From: an uncultured virus (IMG/VR IMGVR_UViG_3300019135_000021)
Taxonomy: Duplodnaviria > Heunggongvirae > Uroviricota > Caudoviricetes
Virus record (IMG/VR): IMGVR_UViG_3300019135_000021
DNA: 64,000 nt
Direction: 5' to 3' (one strand)
This document shows positions 29,162 to 40,001 of this stretch, piece after piece. The translations under genes and the position numbers were made by a program. Each line of letters begins with the position of its first letter. The stretch's first letter is position 1. A model generated the notes under the pieces. It worked only from the letters and a program-made list of their open reading frames with translations. It was not told the origin of the DNA and made no database searches.

Positions 29162-29713
29162 ATGACGAAAACTAACGAAAAAATCCACGTATTGGCTGAC
29201 GAATCACTTGGCGGAATCAAACGCGAATATGTAGAGGTCAATAGGAAGGCGAAACTGGGTGAGAAGATCGTAATTGTCGATGCTGACCCAGGTTATGGAG
29301 ATCATTATTCAAATGGGGATTTTTTTACCGTCGAGCTCTACACGGGTTATGGTAGTGGTGTAGCAACAAAATGCGGTCATCATGTTGGTAATAACGAATA
29401 CTGTACACTCGAAGCGACCAACTTCGTCTACATTGACGGGGAGCGCTACGAAATGGTCGAACGCAAGGCGGAAGTATGCGAGAAGGTTATTCATCTGAAT
29501 AACGATAAATCGGGAGGAAGGGTAAGGGAGGTTACTAATGTGGGCGTTGGCACGATCGATGTAATCGAATACGAACATCCAGACGGAGACATCACGTGCG
29601 GATTTTCACATGGATGCTATCGTGTCCTTGTTCCATTGTCTAAAGAAAAAGAATATCAAGAATTCGAAGATAAGAAAAGGGGATACAAAGAAGTAAAAAA
29701 CTTTTATACATAA
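29162..29713 (+). CDS. hypothetical phage protein with repeated (E)RKAxxGEK units
   Basis: ORF; visibly higher GC; possible frameshift joining it to 29748..29951. Confidence 0.65.
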   Translation: MTKTNEKIHVLADESLGGIKREYVEVNRKAKLGEKIVIVDADPGYGDHYSNGDFFTVELYTGYGSGVATKCGHHVGNNEYCTLEATNFVYIDGERYEMVERKAEVCEKVIHLNNDKSGGRVREVTNVGVGTIDVIEYEHPDGDITCGFSHGCYRVLVPLSKEKEYQEFEDKKRGYKEVKNFYT

Positions 29714-29982
29714 TGAATTAGGTATAACGAAAGATGCCATTCAAGAAATGATTCGTATTGCAGTATCAAATGAAGTTAAAAAAGCAACAGAGTCAGGGGA
29801 ATTTCAGTCATTTATAAATTCAAAAATTTTTGGAGATGGAGGAAGGTTGCTCTACGGCTTTAAAGAAAGAGTGTCTCAAACAGTATCTAATGAAGTAGGC
29901 AAACGAATTGCCAATAACCTCAACATAAGTGTGGAGCTGAAAAGTCGATAAAATAGTTATTTTATTATGAAGGAGGAATTGT

Positions 29983-30231
29983 GTGTTTATCATTCAAAAC
30001 ATCGAGACGGAATTCTATTTGAAACATAATGGGAGCGAGTCATTAGAACACCCCTATATCGAAGTGGCCTGTCCGGGAGATGCAGAAGCTTTCAGTTCAT
30101 TGAAACACGCAAAATATGCAGTTACATGGTATTGCGATATGTTTAAAAAATGGAGAATTATCGATGTATACGAAGGTAAATCGTATGTGAAGAATAAAAT
30201 TTTTGAATTTGTTTTAGAAGAAGCTATGTAA
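29983..30231 (+). CDS. hypothetical phage protein
   Basis: AAGGAGG RBS. Confidence 0.7.
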   Translation: MFIIQNIETEFYLKHNGSESLEHPYIEVACPGDAEAFSSLKHAKYAVTWYCDMFKKWRIIDVYEGKSYVKNKIFEFVLEEAM

Positions 30232-30240
30232 CGGAGAGTA

Positions 30241-31053
30241 TTAATCTCTCCAGGAATTAAATGAGGGGATACGAAGTTTGCCATTTTTAGTCTTAAAACG
30301 GTGCTTCACATTACATAATAAAGGCTTAATGAATACATAATCGTCATTTTCATATTCTATTTGTTTGATAGAGTGGAAGTATTTGCGTTCATCGAATGGC
30401 ATAAATTCCATGAACCCGGCAGATAAACCGTCAGGGTAACTGAGAAGAAACTTGATATCTTCCTTAGTGTATCCAGTAATGAGCACGTCAGTGTACTGAT
30501 AATTTATAACCTTGATCCAGTTTTCCGATCTCTTGTTGATCTCGTAAGGGGAGTTTGCTTTCTTAAGCACGATTCCTTCAAGGTTCTTTTCTTTAGCCAT
30601 TTCAAAATAGGCTTTTCCTTTGCCTTGTACTCCTTCAATCACAAAGATATTTGGATGGTTAAGATTTAGTGATCTAAGGAATTCCTTGCGTTTAAAAAGT
30701 GGATTTGAAGCTATTGATATTTCATTTAATCTTATGACATCGAACACGCAATAAACAATTTGATGAGAAGATTTGCTTGATTGAAAACGTTCCATAACAG
30801 ATTCAAAATCGGGCAACCCATCAGAATTGGTAACGATAATTTCCCCATCTAGGACTGTCCCTTCGGGAATATCAATATCATGCAGCTCAGGGAATTTATT
30901 GGTGACTTCATTATTATGGCGCGTGTAGAGCTTAATCTTACCATCTTGCTTAGATAGAATGATTCGTATTCCATCAAATTTAAGCTCAGCAATATAGTTT
31001 TCATCATCAAATGGCTCTTTGGCTGAATCAAGCAGCATTGGAGCTATAAACAA
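30241..31053 (-). CDS. ligB: ATP-dependent DNA ligase (SPbeta LigB/YoqV-like)
   Basis: ELKFDGIR, LDGE, VFD, EGIVLK, WIKV motifs; 270 aa. Confidence 0.93.
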   Translation of the reverse strand: MFIAPMLLDSAKEPFDDENYIAELKFDGIRIILSKQDGKIKLYTRHNNEVTNKFPELHDIDIPEGTVLDGEIIVTNSDGLPDFESVMERFQSSKSSHQIVYCVFDVIRLNEISIASNPLFKRKEFLRSLNLNHPNIFVIEGVQGKGKAYFEMAKEKNLEGIVLKKANSPYEINKRSENWIKVINYQYTDVLITGYTKEDIKFLLSYPDGLSAGFMEFMPFDERKYFHSIKQIEYENDDYVFIKPLLCNVKHRFKTKNGKLRIPSFNSWRD

Positions 31054-31146
31054 AAAACCACCTCCATTTAAACATCTTATCTAAGGAGAGATGTTATTTA
31101 AAGAAAAATGCTGATGGTACTTAATGGATTTAAAAGGAGGGATGTA

Positions 31147-31371
31147 ATGCACCAAACATCAGTGCAGCTTAAAGATGTGAAAGTATTGATTAGGGGAATC
31201 TGGACAAAGAAGAAATTCACTGAAATAGAACGTGGCGAGACGTTTATGATCGAGGAAGATGGAGTTTTAAAAAAGTACATAGCAAGAACAAAACCATATT
31301 GGGATAAGGAATTTGAAGCTTTTGTTGTTGATGTGATGGATAAAAACAAATTGAGAAGAGGGATTAGATGA
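31147..31371 (+). CDS. hypothetical phage protein
   Basis: AGGAGG RBS before ATG 31147. Confidence 0.65.
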   Translation: MHQTSVQLKDVKVLIRGIWTKKKFTEIERGETFMIEEDGVLKKYIARTKPYWDKEFEAFVVDVMDKNKLRRGIR

Positions 31372-31730
31372 GAAGTAATGTTGAAATTAATGAATTGATT
31401 CAAGACCGATTATTCAACGGTTACAAGAAGAGGAAAATCACTCCAGATGAATGCTTTGAGCTTTTAGGGGATATTGTGGCCGATGAATTGGCTTTTGATA
31501 ATGATGGGAAAGTGGTTAATCTTAAAAACTTTGCGGGAGAAATGAGTTTAGCATTGCAGGTAGTTGAGAAGCTACAAAAAGGTTATGGACTAAATTTTTA
31601 TTTATCAAGAGAACACGATTTTATCGGTCTGGAAGATTGGTGTGCTGCTTTTGACGAGTATGAAGCTTGGGCAGAAAAACCAGAGAAAGCAACATGCTTA
31701 GCGGCATTAAAAGCACTGAAAATTAGATAA
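31368..31730 (+). CDS. BC1872/phage ABA-sandwich-like protein
   Basis: ALQVVEKL...[10 protein letters not shown] motif. Confidence 0.55.
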   Translation: MRSNVEINELIQDRLFNGYKKRKITPDECFELLGDIVADELAFDNDGKVVNLKNFAGEMSLALQVVEKLQKGYGLNFYLSREHDFIGLEDWCAAFDEYEAWAEKPEKATCLAALKALKIR

Positions 31731-31846
31731 AACAGAAATTTTATACAAATTAAAAGTGAGTAAACAAGGTGGATAGAGGATGCAGCAGTCGGATACAGGG
31801 AAAAACAAATCGAACAATGGTTACAAGATGACGGGAGGTAAGGGGA

Positions 31847-32254
31847 ATGGACATTATCAAGATTCGTTACACATTTAGGCATAAAGGTAGCGGCAACATT
31901 GAAATGAAATGGTATAACATCGGGCAATTGGAAGAAAGGGCGGCCGCCAAACTGTCCCCGGTATTTTTAGATGAATATGAACTAATCAGCCGGGATTTAT
32001 ACACTGGATTGAAGGACGAAAACGGCCGGGAGATTTACGAAAAAGACATCGCTGAGGAATCCTATATAAATCCTATGACCGGTAAAAAAGTGATTGATCG
32101 CTATGTGATCGAATGGGAAAGCGGCATCCTCAAAATGAAACATATCGATAATCAAAAAGGGGCAGATAGATACCTTTGGATGCGATTTAATGAAGTAGAA
32201 GTCATCGGCGACGTGTATCGAAATCCTGAGCTAATGGAGGCGGCGGAAGAATGA
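31847..32254 (+). CDS. YopX family protein
   Basis: YTGLKDENGREIYEKDI...EVIGDVYRNPEL. Confidence 0.85.
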   Translation: MDIIKIRYTFRHKGSGNIEMKWYNIGQLEERAAAKLSPVFLDEYELISRDLYTGLKDENGREIYEKDIAEESYINPMTGKKVIDRYVIEWESGILKMKHIDNQKGADRYLWMRFNEVEVIGDVYRNPELMEAAEE

Positions 32255-32439
32255 AAATGCAAGTGACTTTATCACCTGAAGAAGTGAAACAAATAATTAA
32301 AAACCATTTAGAAAAGAAGTTTGGTAATGTCGGCGAGGTCACACTTGAAGTCGACCGGGAATTGAGAGGGCATTATACAAACGAACATTACGAAACTGTT
32401 TTCAAAGGTGCCAAATGCGAAGTGGAGGCGGCGGAATGA
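32251..32439 (+). CDS. hypothetical phage protein
   Basis: ATGA overlap with the upstream gene; GGAGG RBS. Confidence 0.7.
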   Translation: MKMQVTLSPEEVKQIIKNHLEKKFGNVGEVTLEVDRELRGHYTNEHYETVFKGAKCEVEAAE

Positions 32440-32630
32440 CGTGGATTGACTTAGTGAGAAAGTATTTCCCTGATGCAAATGATAAGCAGTGCGATTTTAT
32501 TTTGTGGGAAAAGACTGCTTTTCCTTTAGTGCTTGCGGAAACTGTTGAAAAGCAGTTGCAGGAGTATCAAATGATGATGTTTGCAGATAGAAGGAGTAAC
32601 CGGATCAATAAGGAGGCGGCGGAAGAATGA
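32436..32630 (+). CDS. hypothetical phage protein
   Basis: ATGA overlap; ILWEKTAFP. Confidence 0.7.
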   Translation: MTWIDLVRKYFPDANDKQCDFILWEKTAFPLVLAETVEKQLQEYQMMMFADRRSNRINKEAAEE

Positions 32631-32869
32631 GCGGATATTCACAAAGACAAATTTGCCCGCATTGCGATCATGCAGAGGAAGAGCACTTTGAAAATTTAGA
32701 TCAGGACAGCGACGGCAGAGTTACATGTCATTGGTGCGGAAAAGATTATTATGCTATGCCCCAATATGAATTTTTAGGATTCGAGGTTGAAAAAATTTGT
32801 GAGGACTGCGGCGAGCAGGAAAGTGAATGTTATTGCGAGGTGGAGGTGAAATTATCACACAACTTTTGA
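32627..32869 (+). CDS. Cys-rich Zn-finger protein
   Basis: Three CxxC pairs. Confidence 0.7.
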   Translation: MSGYSQRQICPHCDHAEEEHFENLDQDSDGRVTCHWCGKDYYAMPQYEFLGFEVEKICEDCGEQESECYCEVEVKLSHNF

Positions 32870-33218
32870 ATAAAAACAATCTTTTATTTGAAAGTAAGTG
32901 GCTATTGTTTAGTTTATTTAAACCAAATACCTGTGAGCAGTGCAAATTCTATTCAGAATACAAGACTGCAGATGTGCTTCAAAAAGACAAGACAGTAACA
33001 AGAGGGAAGATGAGATATTGCAAAAAGAAGAAAGATGAACTCCGAGATATGGAGAAATGCGAGCTTTTTCAATTGAGAGGGGGGAAAAATAACTTTTACT
33101 GATGCAGCCGATCATTATTTTAAAAGAAAAGGAGAAAATTAATCGAATCGTAATTTGCACTTAGCCCTATACGCAAAGAGAAAATTTGAGAATAAAATAC
33201 TAATTAAAATGATAAGGA

Positions 33219-33482
33219 GTGTTTAATGTGTCGGTTGAACAACTATGCGGAGGACAATGTACAGAAGAAACAATTGAATTGGTTAGAAAGAAATTACTGC
33301 AGCAGCAAAGAGGCTTACTTACTAAAAAGGCAAACATTGAAGCTAAGATTAGACGTCTAACAGATTTACTGCAATTAGAAAATGACAAGCTTGAAAAAGT
33401 TAAATGTGAGCTAGGAAAGATTCAGTGTGAGCTAGAGGAACTGGGTTGCTTGGAGAAAGCATGGCATGAAGAGGGCTTTTGA
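33219..33482 (+). CDS. hypothetical coiled-coil protein
   Basis: ORF. Confidence 0.6.
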   Translation: MFNVSVEQLCGGQCTEETIELVRKKLLQQQRGLLTKKANIEAKIRRLTDLLQLENDKLEKVKCELGKIQCELEELGCLEKAWHEEGF

Positions 33483-33507
33483 AGCAATACTTTATAAGCT
33501 GATAAAA

Positions 33508-33540
33508 AAGGATGTCTTAAATATAGGCATCCTTGTTTTT
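33508..33540 (+). terminator. intrinsic terminator
   Basis: AAGGATGTCT...AGGCATCCTT followed by a T-run. Confidence 0.7.
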
Positions 33541-33649
33541 ATTTTCAAAATCTGCGATATTTGGTTGAAAATCAAAAAACAAGAAATAAACTTGTTTTTG
33601 GTAAAGTTGTATGTTAATTTATACTAGTAATGTAAAGGGAGGGGATTTT

Positions 33650-34975
33650 TTGAATAAAAAGGTACTAGTAGGATTGACATCTATGGCACTTGTTTTCTCG
33701 GCTCAAACAGCTTTTGCAAAAGGGGGAGAATTGGAGACAGAGATTATATCAAATGAAAACACAATTACTTTAGATTGGAATGACACTGGCGATAAGTATG
33801 AAGTGTATTCAGATGGGAAGCTACTATGGAAAGGTACGGATTCTAAGTATGTACATAAGAATTTAAAGCCCAGAAGTCCACAGGAATATGATATTGTATC
33901 GTATGAAAATGGAAAAAGAAAAGATATGGTTAGTGTTGATACAACGACCCTACCAGAGCAACGTATATCAACACAAGACGTCTCAGACGAGGATATGCCT
34001 GACCCGTTAAAAGCTGAGGAGCACATTGATAGTACTATTAATGATAATGTATTAACTTTAAACTTAAGAGGAAAAATCCAAGATGATTTTGATGGGAAGA
34101 TTGAAGTTTATAAAGATGATGAATTAATAGACAATAATGCAGGAACGACTTTTGTAGATGATAAAGTTGAATCTGGCAAAACCTATGTCTATAAATTTGT
34201 TGTATTGAAGAAGTTAAGCCCGGCTGAAATCGAAAAGGTAAATGAAGAATTCGAAAAAAGAAATCAAAAGTTAAGTTTTGACCAGTTCAAAGATTATTAT
34301 TATCGTCCTTACGAATATATAAAGGCCATTAAAGTGCCGGAACAAAAAGAGAATCTGAACAGTTTGGCTTGGGAGCCACCAGTAGGGCCGCACCCAAACC
34401 AAATGGGTATTAAATATCGCACATTCATTCCAACTAAGTATGCACCTGCTGCATCCATTTTTAGTGGCTGGATTGGCGGAGATAAATTTGGTGGAGACAA
34501 TAGATCCTTTAGTTTTTCTGGGGGATCACATCGAACTCAAACTGAGGCAGTTGCGAGATTTACCAGCAGTGGATCAAGTACTTATTTCAGAAAAGACGTA
34601 AACTATACTAGATTATACGACAAGGATGGTAATTTCAAAAAGCAACAAAAGCCAACGGATAAAAATATTACTTTCACCCAAGGGAAAAAAGATAAAAGCA
34701 TGAATTACTTTGTTATTAAACATGCTGCTACAGTTGGCTTTAACGACTTTGGCTGGACAACTCCTGCAATAGATTATACGGCCGGAGTAGTTATATATAA
34801 GAGCGGTCGTATTACGGTAAGTGGAACAAGAGACCAAGCACCTAGTCATGAAATGTATGCATATATCCCATATTCTGATGCGATGATTACGCTTTTTAAG
34901 GCAAGTAACAAGGGGTTCGAATATCTATTCCCACCAATGCCTTCAGCTAAAATGAACATTGATATTAAACCATAA
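33650..34975 (+). CDS. secreted protein with FN3-like repeats and a DUF3238-like C-terminus
   Basis: Signal peptide ending AFA after TTG 33650 (GGGAGG RBS); YRTFIP...FGGDNRSF...APSHEMY. Confidence 0.7.
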   Translation: MNKKVLVGLTSMALVFSAQTAFAKGGELETEIISNENTITLDWNDTGDKYEVYSDGKLLWKGTDSKYVHKNLKPRSPQEYDIVSYENGKRKDMVSVDTTTLPEQRISTQDVSDEDMPDPLKAEEHIDSTINDNVLTLNLRGKIQDDFDGKIEVYKDDELIDNNAGTTFVDDKVESGKTYVYKFVVLKKLSPAEIEKVNEEFEKRNQKLSFDQFKDYYYRPYEYIKAIKVPEQKENLNSLAWEPPVGPHPNQMGIKYRTFIPTKYAPAASIFSGWIGGDKFGGDNRSFSFSGGSHRTQTEAVARFTSSGSSTYFRKDVNYTRLYDKDGNFKKQQKPTDKNITFTQGKKDKSMNYFVIKHAATVGFNDFGWTTPAIDYTAGVVIYKSGRITVSGTRDQAPSHEMYAYIPYSDAMITLFKASNKGFEYLFPPMPSAKMNIDIKP

Positions 34976-35000
34976 AAAATTAAAGCGCACTGATATATAT

Positions 35001-35372
35001 TCAGCGCGCTTCTTTTTTTTCCATAAAAGACAGAAAAGAACTCATTATTAATGTGCTTATAGCAGTAATGATAGTCATATAGATTTCATTAGATTGAAAA
35101 TAAACGAAAATGCTGTTGACTAATGCAGTTAAAAAAGAAACCAATGCGGCGAAAAAAATAAAATTAAAATTTAAACGCCGAATTATATAGCTAAGTGTAA
35201 AATATTCGATTAATGCCATTGCTGGAATGTAGGAAAAGATAATTGCTGCATAGATAAAAGTATTATTCCAATCATCAAATGCTCCAATAATATAAAGGTT
35301 GAAGTACAACAAGGTTAACAAAATTACATGGCAAAGCAAAAAGCCAATAATGATTTTTTTAAAAACACCCAT
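35001..35372 (-). CDS. four-TM membrane protein
   Basis: Hydrophobic ORF converging on a shared hairpin at 34984-35010. Confidence 0.75.
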   Translation of the reverse strand: MGVFKKIIIGFLLCHVILLTLLYFNLYIIGAFDDWNNTFIYAAIIFSYIPAMALIEYFTLSYIIRRLNFNFIFFAALVSFLTALVNSIFVYFQSNEIYMTIITAISTLIMSSFLSFMEKKEAR

Positions 35373-35523
35373 GAAATACCCTTTCTTACTTTTTTTATAA
35401 TTATAAATTAAGCTTCAAGATTTATAAAGATTCAAAAGTCTTATTAGAAAATGCCCCGAAAATAAAGATATTTAGGATTTGATTAAAACTAACCTTTTAT
35501 TAAAAAAATGTTTGAAATAACAA

Positions 35524-35552
35524 TAGACAAAAACAAATTAAAAGTATATAAT
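35524..35552 (+). promoter_or_regulatory. sigmaA promoter of the replication operon, with ACAAATTAAAAG in the spacer
   Basis: TAGACA-17bp-TATAAT. Confidence 0.8.
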
Positions 35553-35583
35553 TAAAACATATTGATGAGAAAGAGGTGATTAT

Positions 35584-35916
35584 ATGAAAATGCTGAAGGT
35601 GTCAGAAGACGCTTTAAATTATTACAGGGAGTGCGTCAAGGGGAACAAAAACATAAGTGAAGATCAGGCAAGAGCAAAGCTCACTCGGAATGTTAACTTA
35701 GTACTAGCTGAGGCTCCAGAGAGGGTATTGAGTAGCGGGCTCTTTTCTAAGGTTTACATGTATCATGATCTTCATATCACTGTTAGAAATGGCAAGGTGA
35801 CTAAAATTGTAAACCATAAGAGACCAAGATTTTCGAAGAAAAGATACATAGAATTATCAAAAGCTTTAGGTATCAAAGACATAAAGTATTACAGAAAGCA
35901 TTCCGCTACAAGGTAG
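35584..35916 (+). CDS. hypothetical phage protein
   Basis: GAGGTG RBS. Confidence 0.75.
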   Translation: MKMLKVSEDALNYYRECVKGNKNISEDQARAKLTRNVNLVLAEAPERVLSSGLFSKVYMYHDLHITVRNGKVTKIVNHKRPRFSKKRYIELSKALGIKDIKYYRKHSATR

Positions 35917-35999
35917 TACATACATATGAGATCTGAATAACCTTGCGTCTATTGATTCAATTATACATCAATTAAAAGAACAAAAAGGAGTGTTGTGAA

Positions 36000-36914
36000 A
36001 TGTCAGAAAATCAAACAGTATTGCGTGAAGCAGAAAACAAAGTAGTTTTAGAGGGATTGCTTCTAGAAGTTCGTCACAACGAATGGAAAAGTGGAGAAGG
36101 GCTAAATATTGAACTAGATATCGAAACAGCTCCAAACGAAGTACATACTGTCACTGGAATGTCAAAGTATAAAAAAGAAGACGGCTCAGAAAATGGGATT
36201 GCTAAGGGTTATAAAACAATAATTAATGACTATAAGTCTGTAGCTACTCATGGCAAAGAAGAAGCTGACAAAGTAAGAATAACACAAGGGAAAATTGGAC
36301 TGAATGAATATTATGTCCAAGACAATTTAAAGTCATACCCGCAATTATCCACTAACTTTGTTAACCGCTTAAAATCAGATGAAGAATACAATCCGAGAGC
36401 AAAGTTTGAAGTTGAATTATTTGTAAAAGGGGTTAAAGAAGAAAAGGTGAAAGGGGAGGAAACGGGAAGAGTTCTATTGGAAGGATACATTCCTTTATAT
36501 GGAGGAAAAATTATCCCCTTTACATTTGCGGTAACAAAAGAGGGCTCTGATTACGTAGAAAAGAATTACGAAAAGGGGAACACCGTTAAAGTATTCGGGG
36601 ATATCATTAATTTTAAAGAAGTGAAAGTGACCGTTCAAGAATCAGCATTTGGAATAGACAAAGAAAACATTACATATAACACAAAGCGTGAATTCTTAAT
36701 TACAGGTGGCTTTGAACCATATGACGAAGACGATAAAGCAGCTTTTGACGAAGCAGCAGTTAAAGCAGCATTGACTGAGAGAGAGCTTAAACTAGAGGAA
36801 ATGAAGAATGACACTCAGAAAAGCAATAAAAATGAGAAGAAAACTGGATTCGGAGGGAAAGCAGTCACAGGTTCTTCTCAATCGATCTTTGAAGATGGTG
36901 GTTTGCCATTTTAA
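36000..36914 (+). CDS. yorF: YorF-like putative ssDNA-binding protein
   Basis: 304 aa; SSB-like acidic C-terminal tail EDGGLPF; synteny. Confidence 0.7.
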   Translation: MSENQTVLREAENKVVLEGLLLEVRHNEWKSGEGLNIELDIETAPNEVHTVTGMSKYKKEDGSENGIAKGYKTIINDYKSVATHGKEEADKVRITQGKIGLNEYYVQDNLKSYPQLSTNFVNRLKSDEEYNPRAKFEVELFVKGVKEEKVKGEETGRVLLEGYIPLYGGKIIPFTFAVTKEGSDYVEKNYEKGNTVKVFGDIINFKEVKVTVQESAFGIDKENITYNTKREFLITGGFEPYDEDDKAAFDEAAVKAALTERELKLEEMKNDTQKSNKNEKKTGFGGKAVTGSSQSIFEDGGLPF

Positions 36915-36967
36915 TAATTAATGGATATTAAGAAAGCAATATAAAAATAATTAAAAGGAGAATATAA

Positions 36968-37939
36968 ATGACAATAGACATTTTTAACCCTCAGATTTCT
37001 GTAGTAGCAAAAGGACTTGAAGGAAAAGTTATTACGATATATGGATCTAACAACTTAGGAAAAACAAAACAAAGTACCAGAATGAAAAAGCCACTCTATC
37101 TTCCATTTGAAAAAGGATTGAATGCAATTGCTGGAGTCCCTTTCATGCCGATTAATAGCTGGGGAGATTTCAAAAAAGTGAACAAGCAGCTCACAAAAAA
37201 TCCCGAAAAGGCTAAAGAAGCTTATCAAACCATAATTGTTGATGAAGTTGATGCTTTCTCAAAATATGCTACGAGATATGTATGTGACCAATATGATGTT
37301 GATCGAATTAAGGATGGAAACGATGGATTTGGCTTATGGAAAGAGTATGAAACCGAAATCTGGGAGGAAATTAACAAACTCTTAAATGTAGGATTTACTG
37401 TTGTCTTTATTGCTCACGCAATCGAAGATAAGGATGGAAAAATCATTCCTAAAGGGGATAAGCGAGTGCTCGCACCAGTAATCGATAATAGCGATATAGT
37501 CTTATTCCTTAGCTCAAATGGTGTGGATGAAGATAATAGGGTAATTAAATCTAGCGCTTGGTTAGCTGAAACAAAGAAATTTTTTGCTCGTAGCCGTTTT
37601 GATTATATTGATACATACATTGAGGAGTTTACTGCTGAGAACCTTGAAAAGGCTGTTATCGAAGCAATTAAACGACAAGAAGAAGCAGAAGGAATTCAGG
37701 CCGTTACATATGAAGAACAGAAGCAAAAGAACTCATCAGAGAAATTGGACTATGACCAATTAATGGAGCAGATAATCGAAATCGGCACAAAGCTAAGTGA
37801 AGAAGGCAGACTTGAGGAAGTAAATGAGGTAACCGAAAAGCATCTCGGTCAAGGGGCGAGGGTAACAGAATGTACGAAAAAACAGACAGATGTAATGTCA
37901 GTTATTTTAGACGATCTTAAAGACCTTCTTGAAAATTAA
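36968..37939 (+). CDS. yorG: YorG-like AAA_24/Sak4-type ATPase
   Basis: YGSNNLGKT Walker A; TIIVDE. Confidence 0.8.
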   Translation: MTIDIFNPQISVVAKGLEGKVITIYGSNNLGKTKQSTRMKKPLYLPFEKGLNAIAGVPFMPINSWGDFKKVNKQLTKNPEKAKEAYQTIIVDEVDAFSKYATRYVCDQYDVDRIKDGNDGFGLWKEYETEIWEEINKLLNVGFTVVFIAHAIEDKDGKIIPKGDKRVLAPVIDNSDIVLFLSSNGVDEDNRVIKSSAWLAETKKFFARSRFDYIDTYIEEFTAENLEKAVIEAIKRQEEAEGIQAVTYEEQKQKNSSEKLDYDQLMEQIIEIGTKLSEEGRLEEVNEVTEKHLGQGARVTECTKKQTDVMSVILDDLKDLLEN

Positions 37940-37985
37940 GGCGCGAGGGAGTCTATCTCCCTCATTATTTTAAAGAGGTGGGTAT

Positions 37986-38456
37986 ATGGCACGTCGAGTT
38001 AAATGTCCATACTGCGAAACTTATTTAGACAAAGATGATGCAATCCCTTATAAAAAAAGATATTATCACCAGCATTGTTTTGATACTTGGAAGATGGAAG
38101 CAGAACATCGAAAAGAGTTAATTAAATACATATGTGAACTATATAAGATTGATGCACCAACTGGAATGATGTTAAAGCAGATTAAAGAATTCCAGGAAGA
38201 ATACAAATACAAATTAAAAGGTATAGAATTAGCTTTAAGGTACTTTCATGAAACGCTGGGGAATCCTGTCCGTGAAGGAGATGGATTGGGAATAGTCCCA
38301 TTCATTTATGAAGAAGCAAAAGCGGATTATCTTCAGAAAAAGGCGATTAAAGAATCAGTTGAAAAAGCAAAAAAACATAAACCAAAAGAAAGAATTGTTG
38401 TGATAAAAAAACAAAATAGAAAAAATATAAAGATTGTTGATATATCTACTTTGTAG
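37986..38456 (+). CDS. yorH: YorH-like Zn-finger protein
   Basis: CPYC...HQHC; synteny. Confidence 0.7.
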   Translation: MARRVKCPYCETYLDKDDAIPYKKRYYHQHCFDTWKMEAEHRKELIKYICELYKIDAPTGMMLKQIKEFQEEYKYKLKGIELALRYFHETLGNPVREGDGLGIVPFIYEEAKADYLQKKAIKESVEKAKKHKPKERIVVIKKQNRKNIKIVDISTL

Positions 38457-38470
38457 AAGGGGGAGTTCAA

Positions 38471-39985
38471 TTGCTACAAGATAAGAAAGCAATTATTCAA
38501 GTGTTAGGCAGTATATTAAAGGAGCCCTCTCTTTTATCAGACAGCAACAAATATCAAATTACAGCAAACGATTTCCCTGAACGCTTTCATTCAATTCTTT
38601 TTTTTGCGATGTATAACTTATTTCACCAGGGAACAGAAGTTATTAATGAAATTGAAATTGATGGCTATCTTAGAGATTTCGATATACAATACAAAATTTT
38701 CAATGAAAACAACGGACATGATTATGTCGAGCAAATTCAAAAGTTAGCTGTAGTCGAAAACTTTGATTATTATTACACAAGGCTGAAAAAATTTAGCCTT
38801 TTGAGAGAGATGGTCGGCTTAGGCTTTAATATTGATGAAATATACGATGAGTCCATAATTGATCCCAAAGAACAAGAAGCCATGAAAGAGAGATTCGACA
38901 AAACATCTATCGAAGATATTCTTTCCTTTTATGAAATGAAAATTGTTGATATTAAAGAGAAGTTTAGCACAAACCCTGAAAGCATTGGAATTCAAGGCGG
39001 AGAGGGAGTAGAGGAGCTACTCAAACGACTTGAAGATTCACCGGACATTGGAGTTCCTATGAACAGTGAGATGTTAACATCTATTTTTCGCGGTTCTAGG
39101 AAAAAGAAATTTTATTTGAGGTCAAGCATGACTGGTGGAGGAAAAACCCGTAATATGGTGGCTGATGCTTGCAGGCTTAGCGCAACTGAATTATATGATT
39201 TAAAGCAGAACAAATGGGTTAAAAACGATTTTCAAGAAAAGTCGGTAGTTATTTCTACTGAAATGATTTCTGAAGAACTGCAAAGTTTAGCTTTGGCATA
39301 TATCAGTGGAGTTGAAGAAAAAAAAATACTTAGAAACACCACTACAGAAGATGAAAAAACGCGTGTAAAAAAAGCTGCCAAGGTGTTGAAGGAGTCGCCT
39401 ATTTGGTTTGAGCATTTACCAGATTTCAATATTAAAGAGATAGAGAGAACAATTGAAAAAAACGTAATCAGAAATGAAGTCGAATACGTTTATTTTGATT
39501 ATATTCATTCCTCAGTAACGATTTTTGCTGAAATGAGTAAGAAAAGCGGGGTTAATTTAAGAGAAGATCAAATATTATTACTTATGTCGGATAAGCTTAA
39601 GGGACTTTGCAACAAGTACGACATCTATATGATGAGCGCAACACAGTTAAATGGTGATTGGAAAGATGCATGGCTAAGAGGGCTTCAAATTGATGCTACA
39701 TATTTAAGAGGGAGTAAAGCGATTGCCGATAAAACTGATGCTGCAATGATTGTTTTGCCATTAAGTAAAAAAGAAAAAGATGCTATTGGCGCCATCTTAG
39801 AATCTGGCTTCTATCCGGAGCCTAACTTCGTTACTCATGTGTTTAAAAACAGAGGGAATGAACACGATAAAGTCAAAGTCTTTTCACATATTAATATGGG
39901 TACCATGAGAATAAAAGATTGCTTTGTCACAGATGTGGACAATAAATTAATCCAAATCGAGAAATTAATTATAAAAGCAGGGTAG
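38471..39985 (+). CDS. yorI: DnaB-like replicative helicase
   Basis: SMTGGGKTR, FDYI, SATQLN, KNR. Confidence 0.88.
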   Translation: MLQDKKAIIQVLGSILKEPSLLSDSNKYQITANDFPERFHSILFFAMYNLFHQGTEVINEIEIDGYLRDFDIQYKIFNENNGHDYVEQIQKLAVVENFDYYYTRLKKFSLLREMVGLGFNIDEIYDESIIDPKEQEAMKERFDKTSIEDILSFYEMKIVDIKEKFSTNPESIGIQGGEGVEELLKRLEDSPDIGVPMNSEMLTSIFRGSRKKKFYLRSSMTGGGKTRNMVADACRLSATELYDLKQNKWVKNDFQEKSVVISTEMISEELQSLALAYISGVEEKKILRNTTTEDEKTRVKKAAKVLKESPIWFEHLPDFNIKEIERTIEKNVIRNEVEYVYFDYIHSSVTIFAEMSKKSGVNLREDQILLLMSDKLKGLCNKYDIYMMSATQLNGDWKDAWLRGLQIDATYLRGSKAIADKTDAAMIVLPLSKKEKDAIGAILESGFYPEPNFVTHVFKNRGNEHDKVKVFSHINMGTMRIKDCFVTDVDNKLIQIEKLIIKAG

Positions 39986-40001
39986 TGGGGTGTAAAGCCC
40001 T

